Source: an uncultured virus (IMG/VR IMGVR_UViG_3300017732_000002) (Duplodnaviria > Heunggongvirae > Uroviricota > Caudoviricetes). Taken from it: DNA of 64,000 nt. Positions 45,349 through 54,893 of the stretch are shown here, one piece after another. A model generated the notes under the pieces. That model did no database searches. It had not been told where the DNA came from and worked only from the letters and a program-made list of their open reading frames with translations. Each line of letters opens with the position of its first letter. Position 1 is the first letter of the stretch. The stretch lies in IMG/VR virus record IMGVR_UViG_3300017732_000002. One strand, given 5' to 3'. The translations under genes were made by a program, and so were the position numbers.

Positions 45349-46295
45349 TACTTACTCCTAAATTTACACTCCGACATAATCTCGGTCAAACATGCAACTA
45401 AATTAATTTCAGAATCAGCTGCAAATGCAGTCTTGTACTGATAGTCTGCTATGATTAAAACACATGCAGGTATTGAGGCAGGTTCGAGTTTATGTTCGAG
45501 TGCGTTAAAAATCTTTCTATACATTACAGATAAATCATTGTCAGAATTTTCACCGACCCACTTACGCATTTCAGTCCACTTCTTTTCTTTGAGTGTATTT
45601 ATCAATGGCGTAATCTTCTCTTCTGCAAGAGTAGAAAGTAATCCAGTATCGATTTCACCACCGATACCATATCTTTGAACCTCATTTAGACAACGTCTAA
45701 AGTCGGGAAAGAATTTCATGATAAGTTCAGCAAGTACGTCCTTGTTGAACTTGATTTCTTCTAGCGTACATATCTCCATGAGTCTTGCTAAGAACACACT
45801 TGCAAGTCTAGGTTTTTCACTACTAGGAATCTTGAAGTCAATCACAGTACATCTTGAATGCAAAGGATTGATAATTCTGTTCTTGAAATTACAAGTCATA
45901 ATGAACCTGCAATTAGAACTGAACTCTTCAATGAATCCACGCAGAGCAGGTTGCACAGATTCGGCACTAATGTAGTCTGCTTCGTCTAGAATAACTACTT
46001 TAGGGCCGCCAGACAAACTGGTGGTGGACGCAAAGTTTTTGATTTTGGTTCTCAAGGTATCAATCAATCTACCTTCATCAGAACCGTTGACAACTATAAA
46101 GTCTGCACCTAGTTCATTACAAAGTGCCTTCGCTACAGTTGTTTTACCACAACCTGCAGTACCATTCAACATAAGATTAGGTATCTCACCCGTTTCTACT
46201 ATGTCTTTGAATGTGGCATACAGGTCACTTGGAAGTATACAGTCGTCAATCTTTTGAGGACGATACTTCTCTACAAATAAAAATTCATTGTTCAT
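45348..46295 (-). CDS. gp44: clamp loader large subunit (gp44)
   Basis: VEKYRP, GTAGCGKTT, ILDEADY, LHSRC, FPDFRR. Confidence 0.96.
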   Translation of the reverse strand: MNNEFLFVEKYRPQKIDDCILPSDLYATFKDIVETGEIPNLMLNGTAGCGKTTVAKALCNELGADFIVVNGSDEGRLIDTLRTKIKNFASTTSLSGGPKVVILDEADYISAESVQPALRGFIEEFSSNCRFIMTCNFKNRIINPLHSRCTVIDFKIPSSEKPRLASVFLARLMEICTLEEIKFNKDVLAELIMKFFPDFRRCLNEVQRYGIGGEIDTGLLSTLAEEKITPLINTLKEKKWTEMRKWVGENSDNDLSVMYRKIFNALEHKLEPASIPACVLIIADYQYKTAFAADSEINLVACLTEIMSECKFRSK

Positions 46296-46432
46296 AATTT
46301 AGTCTCGTTAAAAGGTTGTAAAATCCCCACCGATTTTACGGCGTGACCCACCCTAGTTGTGTGATGAGAAGGGGTCACTCCCGAAAGTATTACAGAGACT
46401 GGCATAACACTAACACATTATTATATATGCCT
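46296..46432 (-). ncRNA. candidate structured RNA in gp45-gp44 intergenic leader
   Basis: Nested stems AGTCTC/GAGACT, TGTAA/TTACA, GTGACCC/GGGTCAC, GCCG/CGGT, plus GGCATA/TATGCC. Confidence 0.5.
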
Positions 46433-47101
46433 TTAGGCACTATATTTTGAATCAGGTTCCAGTGCAATAAAATACTCTAGGTCAATATCCTTATTCTTGA
46501 AATGGGATATACCTTTACTTGATACAGATACTGTATAGTTACCTGCAAGAACTTTTAGGTTCTCAATCTTAAAGTTCATAGAGAACGAAGCACCATTTCC
46601 AGTGCCCACGATTCTACTGAACGTGTTTGTAGTCGTGTTCTTTTTATCCTTGACGGTCAATGATATATTTGTACCGTCTGATTCAAGAACCAAATCACTA
46701 ACACCCAAAACACTTGACGCTTTGTTCAAGTCACTCAATAGTGTGCTACTGATATCGAATACAATTTCTGCCTCTGGCATTGTAATCATTTTCTCAGGTG
46801 AAGTTACCATTCCTTCGGAAGCATAGAAATATGACATTGACGAATTGTTATCCGTAATAGTCATAGCTGCATCGTTGAATTGAAAGTCGGGGTCTTCAAA
46901 TAAAGACGTTGCACCCAAAAATTCAGGCAGGTTATACACAGAAAATCCTTGAGGGAACGATTCATTTACCGTTGCCACTGCAAGAATATTTTTCATATTA
47001 GAGATAGTCTCCAATTTGTTTCCAGCACCTACTTTGATGCCAGAGTTTATAGTTGAGAAGTTCTTTAGAACTTCCTTAGTTTCATTACTTATCTTCATCA
47101 C
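46433..47101 (-). CDS. gp45: sliding clamp (gp45)
   Basis: MKISNET..LKNFSTIN, NILA.A, IENLKVL.G.Y.V, YFIALE. Confidence 0.95.
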   Translation of the reverse strand: MMKISNETKEVLKNFSTINSGIKVGAGNKLETISNMKNILAVATVNESFPQGFSVYNLPEFLGATSLFEDPDFQFNDAAMTITDNNSSMSYFYASEGMVTSPEKMITMPEAEIVFDISSTLLSDLNKASSVLGVSDLVLESDGTNISLTVKDKKNTTTNTFSRIVGTGNGASFSMNFKIENLKVLAGNYTVSVSSKGISHFKNKDIDLEYFIALEPDSKYSA

Positions 47102-47372
47102 TTTCTAGTCTCCTATCATGATTGTTTAGAGCAAGGAATCCATAGTGGATTACTTTCAAAAGGTCTGCTCTGTTATACCCATCTTTTTTTCCGTATCGTT
47201 GTGCATATTTCATAATGTTCCCGATACAAAATCCCTCACCATGACCACTGTCCATAATAAATTCAGTCGCCTGAAATTGATTATGACTATAGTGTTGGTC
47301 ATAAGTCTTGTCTATATACGAAGAGAACTCCTTTAAGAGTTCTCTCTCGTTGTATTTGTAATTAATACTCAT
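47085..47372 (-). CDS. DUF3310-like conserved phage protein
   Basis: YIDKTYDQHY, GEGFCIGNIMKYAQRYGKK, DLLKVIHY. Confidence 0.8.
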   Translation of the reverse strand: MSINYKYNERELLKEFSSYIDKTYDQHYSHNQFQATEFIMDSGHGEGFCIGNIMKYAQRYGKKDGYNRADLLKVIHYGFLALNNHDRRLESDEDK

Positions 47373-47378
47373 ACCATT

Positions 47379-47416
47379 ATTATATGTCTAGAAGTCAACT
47401 TCGTCTAGAGGGTTTT
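47379..47416 (-). promoter_or_regulatory. class M promoter for clamp/clamp-loader operon (leaderless)
   Basis: AAAACCCT-CTAGAC-N18-TATAAT-N6-ATG. Confidence 0.7.
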
Positions 47417-48671
47417 CAGAATTTTCTTCTGAACCCTCTTCAACAACCTCTTCAAAAGGATTAACACCAGCGTCAATCTTAGTGTAGAGGTCAAGGATAG
47501 ACATTCTAGTCTCTTCATCGAACCTAGATATGCACATCTCAATAGACTTGAGTTTGTCACCAAACATTCTGAAAGCATTCACAATGTGAACCAACCTTCT
47601 AGTAGTCACAACATCATCAATCGCACCTTCATAGAAAGTTTTTCTGATAACGTCCGCCCAGTCAACCAACTTCTCACAGAAGTCCATATCAACATCACCA
47701 CTTAGAGCCATTTCCTTAGAAAGGATTTTTCTCTCAGTCACTACAGGTGGATATTCCTGTTGCATTGTGACCGCAAATCTTTCAAGCATTGCTTCGTTCA
47801 TGATTTGAGTCCCTACAAACTTACCGTCATCAGAACCTTGTCCTTTGGTATTTGCAGTAGCAAGAATAGTGAAACCTTTAGCAGGAGTAACCCACTCACC
47901 AGTTTTCTTGATTAGGTATCCTTTACCCTCAAGAACTGATTGAAGACACATCAACTTGTTTGAACCCAAGTCAACTTCGTCAAGAAGAAGGACAGCGCCT
48001 TTTCTCATTGCCTTGATAACAGGGCCTTCTCTGTAGACAATGTTACCATTGACAAGAGTGTGACCACCCATTAAATCATCTTCGTCAGTCTCAATCGTAA
48101 TGTTGACCCTGTAAAGTTCCTTCTTCAATTGAGCACAAACTTGTTCAACCATTAAGGTTTTACCGTTACCACTCAATCCAGTAACAAATACTGGAAAGAA
48201 AATATCAGACTTGATTATGTTCTTAACGTCAGAAAAGTGACCAAAAGGAACATAGTTAGACATTTTCTCAGGAATGATTTTTACATTATCATTCAAGAGG
48301 TTGATATCTGCCATTTCAGTCTTCATTGCGACTGGTGACTGCTGGGGTTTTGCAACCGCAGGAATCGGGGCAGATTTAACTGGTGCGATAGGAACCACTG
48401 TCTCAGGTTCATAACCACCATTGTAACCACTCACAACTGCTTCAAGATTGAAGATAGTCCCGTTGTCGGTGGACGTTTTGAACGGATACCTTTTGGTATT
48501 GTTCAACCAGTAAGGTACGTGTCCTAGTGTCTCAATCTCTTCCTTCGTAAAGGAAGTCTGATTAGGATACTTACCTATTAGACCTTCTAGGAACTCTTTC
48601 CTGTCAGGCGTGTAATGAAACGATTTACCGTCAACGGAAATCGACTCATTTTTATCATAAGATGCGCTCAT
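47388..48671 (-). CDS. MoxR/CobS-like AAA+ ATPase
   Basis: GLSGNGKT, ETDEDDL.GG, LLLDEVD, ATANTKG.G, NEAMLERF, TRRLVH. Confidence 0.92.
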   Translation of the reverse strand: MSASYDKNESISVDGKSFHYTPDRKEFLEGLIGKYPNQTSFTKEEIETLGHVPYWLNNTKRYPFKTSTDNGTIFNLEAVVSGYNGGYEPETVVPIAPVKSAPIPAVAKPQQSPVAMKTEMADINLLNDNVKIIPEKMSNYVPFGHFSDVKNIIKSDIFFPVFVTGLSGNGKTLMVEQVCAQLKKELYRVNITIETDEDDLMGGHTLVNGNIVYREGPVIKAMRKGAVLLLDEVDLGSNKLMCLQSVLEGKGYLIKKTGEWVTPAKGFTILATANTKGQGSDDGKFVGTQIMNEAMLERFAVTMQQEYPPVVTERKILSKEMALSGDVDMDFCEKLVDWADVIRKTFYEGAIDDVVTTRRLVHIVNAFRMFGDKLKSIEMCISRFDEETRMSILDLYTKIDAGVNPFEEVVEEGSEENSENPLDEVDF

Positions 48672-48712
48672 ATAGTCTCCTTAGTTATTAATTTATTTCT
48701 CATCATGTGTAT

Positions 48713-48746
48713 AGGCTAACAAAAAATGCATGTCACTGTCAACAGC
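48713..48746 (-). promoter_or_regulatory. early promoter (class E)
   Basis: GCTG-TTGACA-N18-TAGCCT-N6-ATG. Confidence 0.75.
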
Positions 48747-49003
48747 TATTTGCATGGTTGAAGTAATTTTCCCATTTTTTTGACCTGTTTTTCGTTCAAA
48801 TCACCACCATTATTGACCCATATCCTGAATGCGAAGCACTCTACACCCTCTTCAGCACATTTGGATACCCTATCGCAGTCATTCGCTACGCAGGGCGGGT
48901 CTCCTACGTCCATAACAGCGTCTGCGAAAGCAGAATGATTCATACCGTCAATGTTGATATAGTAAATTGGGTCTACCCTCAATGGGTCTCTAGTCTTAAG
49001 CAT
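48746..49003 (-). CDS. small Cys-containing hypothetical protein
   Basis: PPCVANDC..C..ECFAF; likely start MLKTRD (track 49012). Confidence 0.6.
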   Translation of the reverse strand: MLKTRDPLRVDPIYYINIDGMNHSAFADAVMDVGDPPCVANDCDRVSKCAEEGVECFAFRIWVNNGGDLNEKQVKKMGKLLQPCK

Positions 49004-49151
49004 ATTTCTCACTCCATAGTTTTACGAGGAAACTTGAGTTAGTTCCCCACGAATAATATTCACTCACGTCAGCAAAAGGTTTCTCACCCCATGCTTTCCT
49101 TTCCATACAGTTCTCAACGAACATGTGTTTTACAAATTCTTCAAAAGTCAT
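48996..49151 (-). CDS. hypothetical protein (51 aa)
   Basis: Hand-found ORF MTFEEFVKHMFVENCMERKAWGEKPF..., AGGAG SD, TAATG coupling. Confidence 0.6.
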   Translation of the reverse strand: MTFEEFVKHMFVENCMERKAWGEKPFADVSEYYSWGTNSSFLVKLWSEKYA

Positions 49152-51550
49152 TATGCAATCTCCTTTATAAATTCATTAGTTAAAAATCTTGAACCAACTT
49201 TGCCACTTCTGTTTTTCTTGAAGTTAGATAGCAGTGTTGATTTCTTAGCACCTATCAAGTCATCTGACAATTCGTCATTGATAGTTTTCAAGTTCGAGGA
49301 ACAGCAAACAAAAAGTTTTCCGTAACCATGAGTCTTGAATACCAAACCTTCTTTTCTGATTTGACCCCAAGTTTTTCTGTAACCGTCATCGTATCCGAAC
49401 TTGTTTTCGATTTCTTTTTTCAAGTCATTACATGCATTGTGAAGACCGTAGAAATCTTGTTTTCTGTCAAGAGCAAAGTATCCAGTAACCGTGACACCAG
49501 TTTCTTCATGCAACCAGTGAAGCAGGTTAGCAGTTTTGTCCCAGTCATTTCTTTCGTATCTACTATAGTTAGAATTTTTTCTAGGAACATTGTATTCATA
49601 AGTTTTTCTTGAATAAGGGTCAACAATGTAAGTGTGTTTTTCTATATCCCAAGTGTCTTCGCCTTCTTTCAATTGGTCTTTCAAACCTTCCATACCGTAA
49701 CCACTTCTTAGGTGGTCACTCTCATGAGAAAACCCGTCAGTAATTACTGTAAGAATTAGTTTCTCTAATTGATTGTCATTTCTAAACTCAGGAAGAATTT
49801 TTCTCATTGCAAGAAGTGAATTGTTAAGTGGTGTTCCACCAAGTCTGACTTTGTATGGGGCGTCCAAACCATTTACATAACCCCAAAATGATTTACCTTC
49901 AAACAACTTACCAAACCATTCTTGAAGAATCTCTTCTGACTTGTTCCAGTTTCTAGTCTCAGCAGTAATGTACTGGTTGTAGATAATTCCAAACACTGTT
50001 TGCATTTCTTTTTGAGTCATTTTACTTTTACCATTAGAAAACAGTTCAAGTAAAGCACTATCTCTTCTTCCGTATTCTTTTTCAGCAGTTTTCCATTGGT
50101 CAGAGAAAGCATACACTTTGTAAGGAATGTTTACCTTTTTACAGAACTCAGCAAGAATGAAAGATTGTTCCAGTAAGTTTTTGACGGAAGAATGAATAGA
50201 ACCACTCCAATCAAGAAGAACTACGACACCATGGTTTTTACCGTCAGGAAGGTAAGTAACCCTCTTGAAGATATCGTCCATAACTTGATACTTAGCAACA
50301 GCATTCATATCAAGTTTTCCAGTCTTACCTTGAAACGCTTTAACGCTTCTCATTGCATTCTGTTTCATCTCAAATTCTTTCGCCATGTGAGAGATTAGAG
50401 ATTTGTTTTTGTCTACGATTTTCTTGTAAGAGAAGTTAGCAGCTTCAATAGTGAAACCTATGTCTGCATGTTCTTCTTCATACCAAGATTTGAATTCTTT
50501 GACAATTTCCTCAGAAGACACAACCATGTGTTCTGCTTCGCCATCTTTCCCGAACATTTTAGAGTCTCCGAGATTGATAGTTTGTCTAACAATCGGAGCG
50601 TCTTCTAGAAACTCACCTTCATTGTTGTGTGCATTGTATTCAGTGATTGATTCCCTTGCACCGTCTTCATCATCAGAATGAGAACCTTCGGGAATGTTTG
50701 CAGATGTACCACCTTGTTTAGCAGAGATATCACCTTGTCCACCTTCTTCTTCTTCTGACTCTTCATCACTCTCTTCACCTTCACCTTCTTCTGTTTCAGG
50801 AGCGTCAGGAAGAGAGTCACCCTCTTCACTTGAAGAACCCTGTGACTCATCGTCACCCTCTTCATCTTCTTCATTGTCTCCAAATCCACCTGATTCACCC
50901 TCTTCACCTTCTTCTTCATCTTCATCATCGAAGTCAAAGTCATCTTGTGGAAGAGTAGAGACCGCTTGGTCTTCTTGAGTTCTTTGTTCGTTTTCTTTAG
51001 ACCAATCATAGATTGCCTGAGCACAGACAACAACGTCTTCCCAAGTTACACATGCTTCTGCCATTTCAACAAACTTGAATTCTTCTGGCGTAAACTCACA
51101 ACCTGCAGTAGAACCCACTTTAGTAAGTAGGTTGATTCTATCAATTAGTGAAAGTTTGTTTACGTCTTTACCCTTGATTCCAAAGAAGTCTCTTTGAATC
51201 AACTCTTTGTATGCTTTGAAGAACTGAGGTCTCAAGCCAGGGTATTTGTTCTTGATTGCTTTCTCAATCCTAACGTCCTCAATAACGTTAAGATATCCTT
51301 TTAATGTTCTGTTTTTTTCTAGTGCACTGTGAAGACCTTCATAAGGTGTGTTCAATGCATGTCCAACTTCATGACCCATAAACAAGTCATATAAAGCAGG
51401 ACTGATATCATTCTTAAATATAGGACATGCAAGAACCCTATTCTTTACATCAAAATATGCAGTAGGTATCCTTTTATGGACTACGGTCAGATTTTCACCC
51501 GCCATTAGTCTCGCAAGGTTGTCTTTTTGTGTGGTTAGTTTCTCATTCAT
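49151..51550 (-). CDS. CobT-like metallopeptidase-acidic linker-VWA protein
   Basis: TAYFD, GHEVGHAL, NVIEDVRIEK; D/E-rich linker; LLDWSGS MIDAS, GGTPL, ITDG. Confidence 0.88.
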   Translation of the reverse strand: MNEKLTTQKDNLARLMAGENLTVVHKRIPTAYFDVKNRVLACPIFKNDISPALYDLFMGHEVGHALNTPYEGLHSALEKNRTLKGYLNVIEDVRIEKAIKNKYPGLRPQFFKAYKELIQRDFFGIKGKDVNKLSLIDRINLLTKVGSTAGCEFTPEEFKFVEMAEACVTWEDVVVCAQAIYDWSKENEQRTQEDQAVSTLPQDDFDFDDEDEEEGEEGESGGFGDNEEDEEGDDESQGSSSEEGDSLPDAPETEEGEGEESDEESEEEEGGQGDISAKQGGTSANIPEGSHSDDEDGARESITEYNAHNNEGEFLEDAPIVRQTINLGDSKMFGKDGEAEHMVVSSEEIVKEFKSWYEEEHADIGFTIEAANFSYKKIVDKNKSLISHMAKEFEMKQNAMRSVKAFQGKTGKLDMNAVAKYQVMDDIFKRVTYLPDGKNHGVVVLLDWSGSIHSSVKNLLEQSFILAEFCKKVNIPYKVYAFSDQWKTAEKEYGRRDSALLELFSNGKSKMTQKEMQTVFGIIYNQYITAETRNWNKSEEILQEWFGKLFEGKSFWGYVNGLDAPYKVRLGGTPLNNSLLAMRKILPEFRNDNQLEKLILTVITDGFSHESDHLRSGYGMEGLKDQLKEGEDTWDIEKHTYIVDPYSRKTYEYNVPRKNSNYSRYERNDWDKTANLLHWLHEETGVTVTGYFALDRKQDFYGLHNACNDLKKEIENKFGYDDGYRKTWGQIRKEGLVFKTHGYGKLFVCCSSNLKTINDELSDDLIGAKKSTLLSNFKKNRSGKVGSRFLTNEFIKEIA

Positions 51551-51556
51551 ACGGCT

Positions 51557-51590
51557 AGCTTACTAAAAAAGTGCTGTCACTGTCAACAGC
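51557..51590 (-). promoter_or_regulatory. early promoter (class E), leaderless
   Basis: GCTG-TTGACA-N18-TAAGCT-N6-ATG. Confidence 0.75.
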
Positions 51591-51594
51591 TCAT

Positions 51595-51714
51595 TTACTC
51601 CATTTCTTCCGCACATTTCAAAGCGTATGCGGCCGCCTCTTCTTCTGACATTCCTTTCTCTATACCTTCTTCAAAGTATTTTTCAAGGAACATCTCCCTG
51701 TATCCACAGCTCAT
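51595..51714 (-). CDS. small acidic early protein (39 aa)
   Basis: Hand-found ORF MSCGYREMFLEKYFEEGIEKGMSEEEAAAYALKCAEEME, AGGAG SD. Confidence 0.6.
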   Translation of the reverse strand: MSCGYREMFLEKYFEEGIEKGMSEEEAAAYALKCAEEME

Positions 51715-51743
51715 TTTGAACTCCTTTTTCTCATTACAGGTAT

Positions 51744-51777
51744 AGGCTACCAAAAAAGGCATGTCATTGTCAACAGC
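51744..51777 (-). promoter_or_regulatory. early promoter (class E)
   Basis: GCTG-TTGACA-N18-TAGCCT. Confidence 0.75.
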
Positions 51778-51794
51778 TCATTTTCCCTTTAGAA

Positions 51795-52382
51795 TCAAGG
51801 GTTTGGGAATTCGGGTCTTATATCTCTAAAATCTGTGGTGAACCACATAGGTAGGGTGTACCTGTCTCCACGGTACACTTTGGTGACGGAATGTTCAAAT
51901 TTCATTCCTTGGAATACGACCATTTCTCTTGCGTGGGGCTCGTATTCTAACCCCATAGGTATCGATTCACATGGTGTGAATCTTAGTTTACCCCCTTTAT
52001 AATCGTCTTCTGAATCATTAAGGTACAATACAGCCGCCCATTCTGATTTGGGAATAACCTGTTCTCCTGTTTCTTGAGAATCGTATACGTCTGTATGAGG
52101 TGTAATCTCAGAACCGATTGGTTGACACATAATCTCTGCTTGTTCAGGAAAGACTTTAGACCCATATTGTCCTACTTCACTTATTACCATGTACTCAAGT
52201 CTTCTTACGATTTCACGAATCCATTGAGTTTTGATATTTTCTATTTGTATTTTTCTGCCGTCATACTGAGAATTGTTATCTTCTGAACATAAGTGTTTAT
52301 GTGTTTTATGAAAATGGATTAATTCTTTTGCTTCTTCTGATGTTATTACTTCGGGAATTGTTATGAAATTAAAATCAATCAT
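51795..52382 (-). CDS. 2OG-Fe(II) oxygenase
   Basis: PHTD, VLYLND, YKGG, HSVTKV..GDRYT. Confidence 0.85.
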   Translation of the reverse strand: MIDFNFITIPEVITSEEAKELIHFHKTHKHLCSEDNNSQYDGRKIQIENIKTQWIREIVRRLEYMVISEVGQYGSKVFPEQAEIMCQPIGSEITPHTDVYDSQETGEQVIPKSEWAAVLYLNDSEDDYKGGKLRFTPCESIPMGLEYEPHAREMVVFQGMKFEHSVTKVYRGDRYTLPMWFTTDFRDIRPEFPNP

Positions 52383-52960
52383 AATCTCAATGTTTCTTCA
52401 TTCTGTGTTAAATCAGTAATTGCGTGAAAAGGCATACACCTATCTTGATTATCGGAAAACCAAAATGAAAGAGTATGTCGTTGGTTTCTTCGTATCTTGT
52501 TTACACCATGTTCTATGTAAATGCCTTGAAACAATAATCCTGCACCTGTTTCAGGAACAAAAGTTTCTCCGTTAGGTACATAAGTTTCACCACCTGAGAA
52601 ATTATCATTTAAATATAAAATACAAGTCCACTCTCTTTGTTTTTCGTTGGGGTCAAAGTTTGGTAAGTGTTCTGACTGCGTAGAGTAAGTATCTAAATGT
52701 GGGTCTTGATATCCACCAATAACCCATTCATTGATTCCAATCATTTCGGGATAAACAATTTTACCTTGGGTTTTATAAACTTGAGCAACTAATCGTATCC
52801 AAACTCTATCTATTAGAGTTCGTACCCATTGTGTTTGGACATGACAAAATCTTATACCCTTGTAACCAGCACCGTTTCCTACGGTTCTTAAGTTATGATG
52901 CGTTTTGTGAAAGTGTATTATCTGTTGGCACTCGTTCGGAGTCAACAGATTTTTCAGCAT
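52379..52960 (-). CDS. 2OG-Fe(II) oxygenase (tandem paralog)
   Basis: PHLD, ILYLND.FSGGE, HGVNKI..QRHT; shares HFHKTH with neighbour; track start 53002. Confidence 0.85.
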   Translation of the reverse strand: MLKNLLTPNECQQIIHFHKTHHNLRTVGNGAGYKGIRFCHVQTQWVRTLIDRVWIRLVAQVYKTQGKIVYPEMIGINEWVIGGYQDPHLDTYSTQSEHLPNFDPNEKQREWTCILYLNDNFSGGETYVPNGETFVPETGAGLLFQGIYIEHGVNKIRRNQRHTLSFWFSDNQDRCMPFHAITDLTQNEETLRL

Positions 52961-53504
52961 TTGCGGTTCGTAGGGCTTCTGCGATTGCTCTGCGTTGTTC
53001 ATATTCTAATCTCTTTGCTCTTTCTTTTGGTCTTGATTTTAGAGCACGTTCTATTTTTAATTGTGATGCACGTTGTAAAAATATAATACCATTTAAGTGG
53101 TCTATTTCATGTTGCACACACCTTGCACCCAATCCTTCTAACTTTATTGAACGTTTTTCACCGTCAACTGTTTGGTAGTCCATTACAACTACTTTTGGTC
53201 GCTTGAGCATAATATATATGTCGGGAAAAGAAAGACAACCTTCCTTCATCATTTCTGTTTCTTGAGATATCTGAACTAACTCAGGATTGAAAAATGCAAC
53301 GATTCCTTCGTCCTGTGTTTGCATAACAAAAACACTCAGGTCTACACCGACTTGATTAGCACTTAAACCAAGTCCACCATATTTTCCCATGGTTTCTACG
53401 AGACCTGCTTGTAATTCTTTTGGGTCTGTTTGCGGATTATCGAAATCAAACTTTTCAGTAGGATTACGTAAGACCTTTGCGGCCTCTTCAACTAGTTCAT
53501 ACAT
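52893..53504 (-). CDS. def: peptide deformylase
   Basis: GLGLSANQVG, EGCLS, QHEIDHLNG. Confidence 0.95.
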   Translation of the reverse strand: MYELVEEAAKVLRNPTEKFDFDNPQTDPKELQAGLVETMGKYGGLGLSANQVGVDLSVFVMQTQDEGIVAFFNPELVQISQETEMMKEGCLSFPDIYIMLKRPKVVVMDYQTVDGEKRSIKLEGLGARCVQHEIDHLNGIIFLQRASQLKIERALKSRPKERAKRLEYEQRRAIAEALRTANAEKSVDSERVPTDNTLSQNAS

Positions 53505-53505
53505 A

Positions 53506-54888
53506 TTATTTTATTCCACTACTGGTTACATATAAAGATTTACCTGACCAACCCCCTGCTTGTCTAGTTCTTAAAACAACTGGCATGGTTGCGTCAATCT
53601 TTAAAGGTTTATAATGCCAAGACAACTTAAACGTTTGTTGTTTACCGTCATACGAAGATTTTATTTTACTAAAATCACTAGCATTATCTGACATTAACAT
53701 TTGTCTAAAACTGTCGTCTCCACTAACGTCTTTAATTGTTGAACCCTTCTCACTACCTATCAATAGTTTATATGGACATGGTGTTGAATTAGGGTCGTCA
53801 TATGTATAGTAACCTATAGTATTCAAAAAGTATAGTAGGTTTCTTGGTGAAGAAACATATTTTGAAAAGTCGTCTAGTAAAGCATTCCTAAAAGGCCAAT
53901 AGAAATCTTTTGAATAGAAATCTAATTTATCTTTTTGGAATTCTTTTGCTATTGTAGCGAATGCTCTTTGTGAAGAGGACTCACTATACTTTTCTTTCTT
54001 GATATTAAATGAGTTGATTGCTTTGTGAGCATTCTTATATTTGGGGTCTATCATGGAAGTCGCTTTGACCCATGCGTTATCAATCATAGATTTAATTCTA
54101 CCAAGTTGTCCCTTATCTCCTACTTTAGAATAGAATGCAACTAAGTTTGTATTGATTTTAGGTGTAGCGTCTGCACCACCTGATATCTTGTTAGAGTATC
54201 CTTGATATCCGTCTGCAGTTTGAACGATAACGTCCGAAGGATTCTTACCACCTATCCCTGCAGGTTTACCTCTTGGAACCCAATATACATTTTTGATTGA
54301 CCTTCCTTTTAAATCTTTTGCAACTGCTTTTGCATTGTTCATTCCGATTAGAATATCTCTCAATGAAGTTTCGTCTTTATCTAATAACATAACTATGTCT
54401 TCATAGGTGACTTCTTTTCCTGAACCTGCAAGAACTCCTGTTCCGCCACTTTGTCCTGCAACCCATTTCTCAAAGTCAAATTGATTTTGAATTTGGTCGG
54501 GGTGTATTAAGAAGTGTACGGTTAGTAATTCATTCACGTTGGAAGAAGCAGTTGAATCCTTTCTACTCTTACTTCCAAAGTGTGCTTTGACTTTTGCTTT
54601 AGTTGATTGAATGTAATACGGAGTATCAGAACCGTCTAGTTCTACTTGAAAATAGTATTTACCATTACCTAATTTTTTGAGAAGTTCACCTGTAGGATTC
54701 TCTACTGATTTATAAAGTATCTTTCCTGCACCTACTGTTGCTTTGACATCTTTATCGTCTATGTCTAGAACATAATAAGGATTGAATCCGTTTCTGTTTT
54801 TGTAGTGTGGTGACACAGTTAACTCACGAATCACATGCTTAGGATTCGTTACGGTAATTTTGTCTGTGAATTGTGAGAAAGACTTCAT
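53506..54888 (-). CDS. late protein with PD-(D/E)xK-like nuclease motifs
   Basis: Start MKSFSQF after TATAAATA-N5; NVNE..., PSDVIV..GYSNK; track start 54978. Confidence 0.6.
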   Translation of the reverse strand: MKSFSQFTDKITVTNPKHVIRELTVSPHYKNRNGFNPYYVLDIDDKDVKATVGAGKILYKSVENPTGELLKKLGNGKYYFQVELDGSDTPYYIQSTKAKVKAHFGSKSRKDSTASSNVNELLTVHFLIHPDQIQNQFDFEKWVAGQSGGTGVLAGSGKEVTYEDIVMLLDKDETSLRDILIGMNNAKAVAKDLKGRSIKNVYWVPRGKPAGIGGKNPSDVIVQTADGYQGYSNKISGGADATPKINTNLVAFYSKVGDKGQLGRIKSMIDNAWVKATSMIDPKYKNAHKAINSFNIKKEKYSESSSQRAFATIAKEFQKDKLDFYSKDFYWPFRNALLDDFSKYVSSPRNLLYFLNTIGYYTYDDPNSTPCPYKLLIGSEKGSTIKDVSGDDSFRQMLMSDNASDFSKIKSSYDGKQQTFKLSWHYKPLKIDATMPVVLRTRQAGGWSGKSLYVTSSGIK

Positions 54889-54893
54889 AATAC

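Noticed and set aside
50690..50945. Low-complexity TCTTCA-rich tract as a DNA repeat
   Set aside because: It encodes the Asp/Glu-rich linker of the VWA protein.
47388..51550. Cobalamin cobaltochelatase (cobS/cobT) auxiliary metabolism
   Set aside because: No CobN or other cob genes are present. The motifs are generic MoxR AAA+ and VWA.
52893..53002. Long overlap of def with the next oxygenase as a frameshift or fusion signal
   Set aside because: Both frames are independently complete, a later ATG at 52960 shortens the overlap, and no slippery site was evident.
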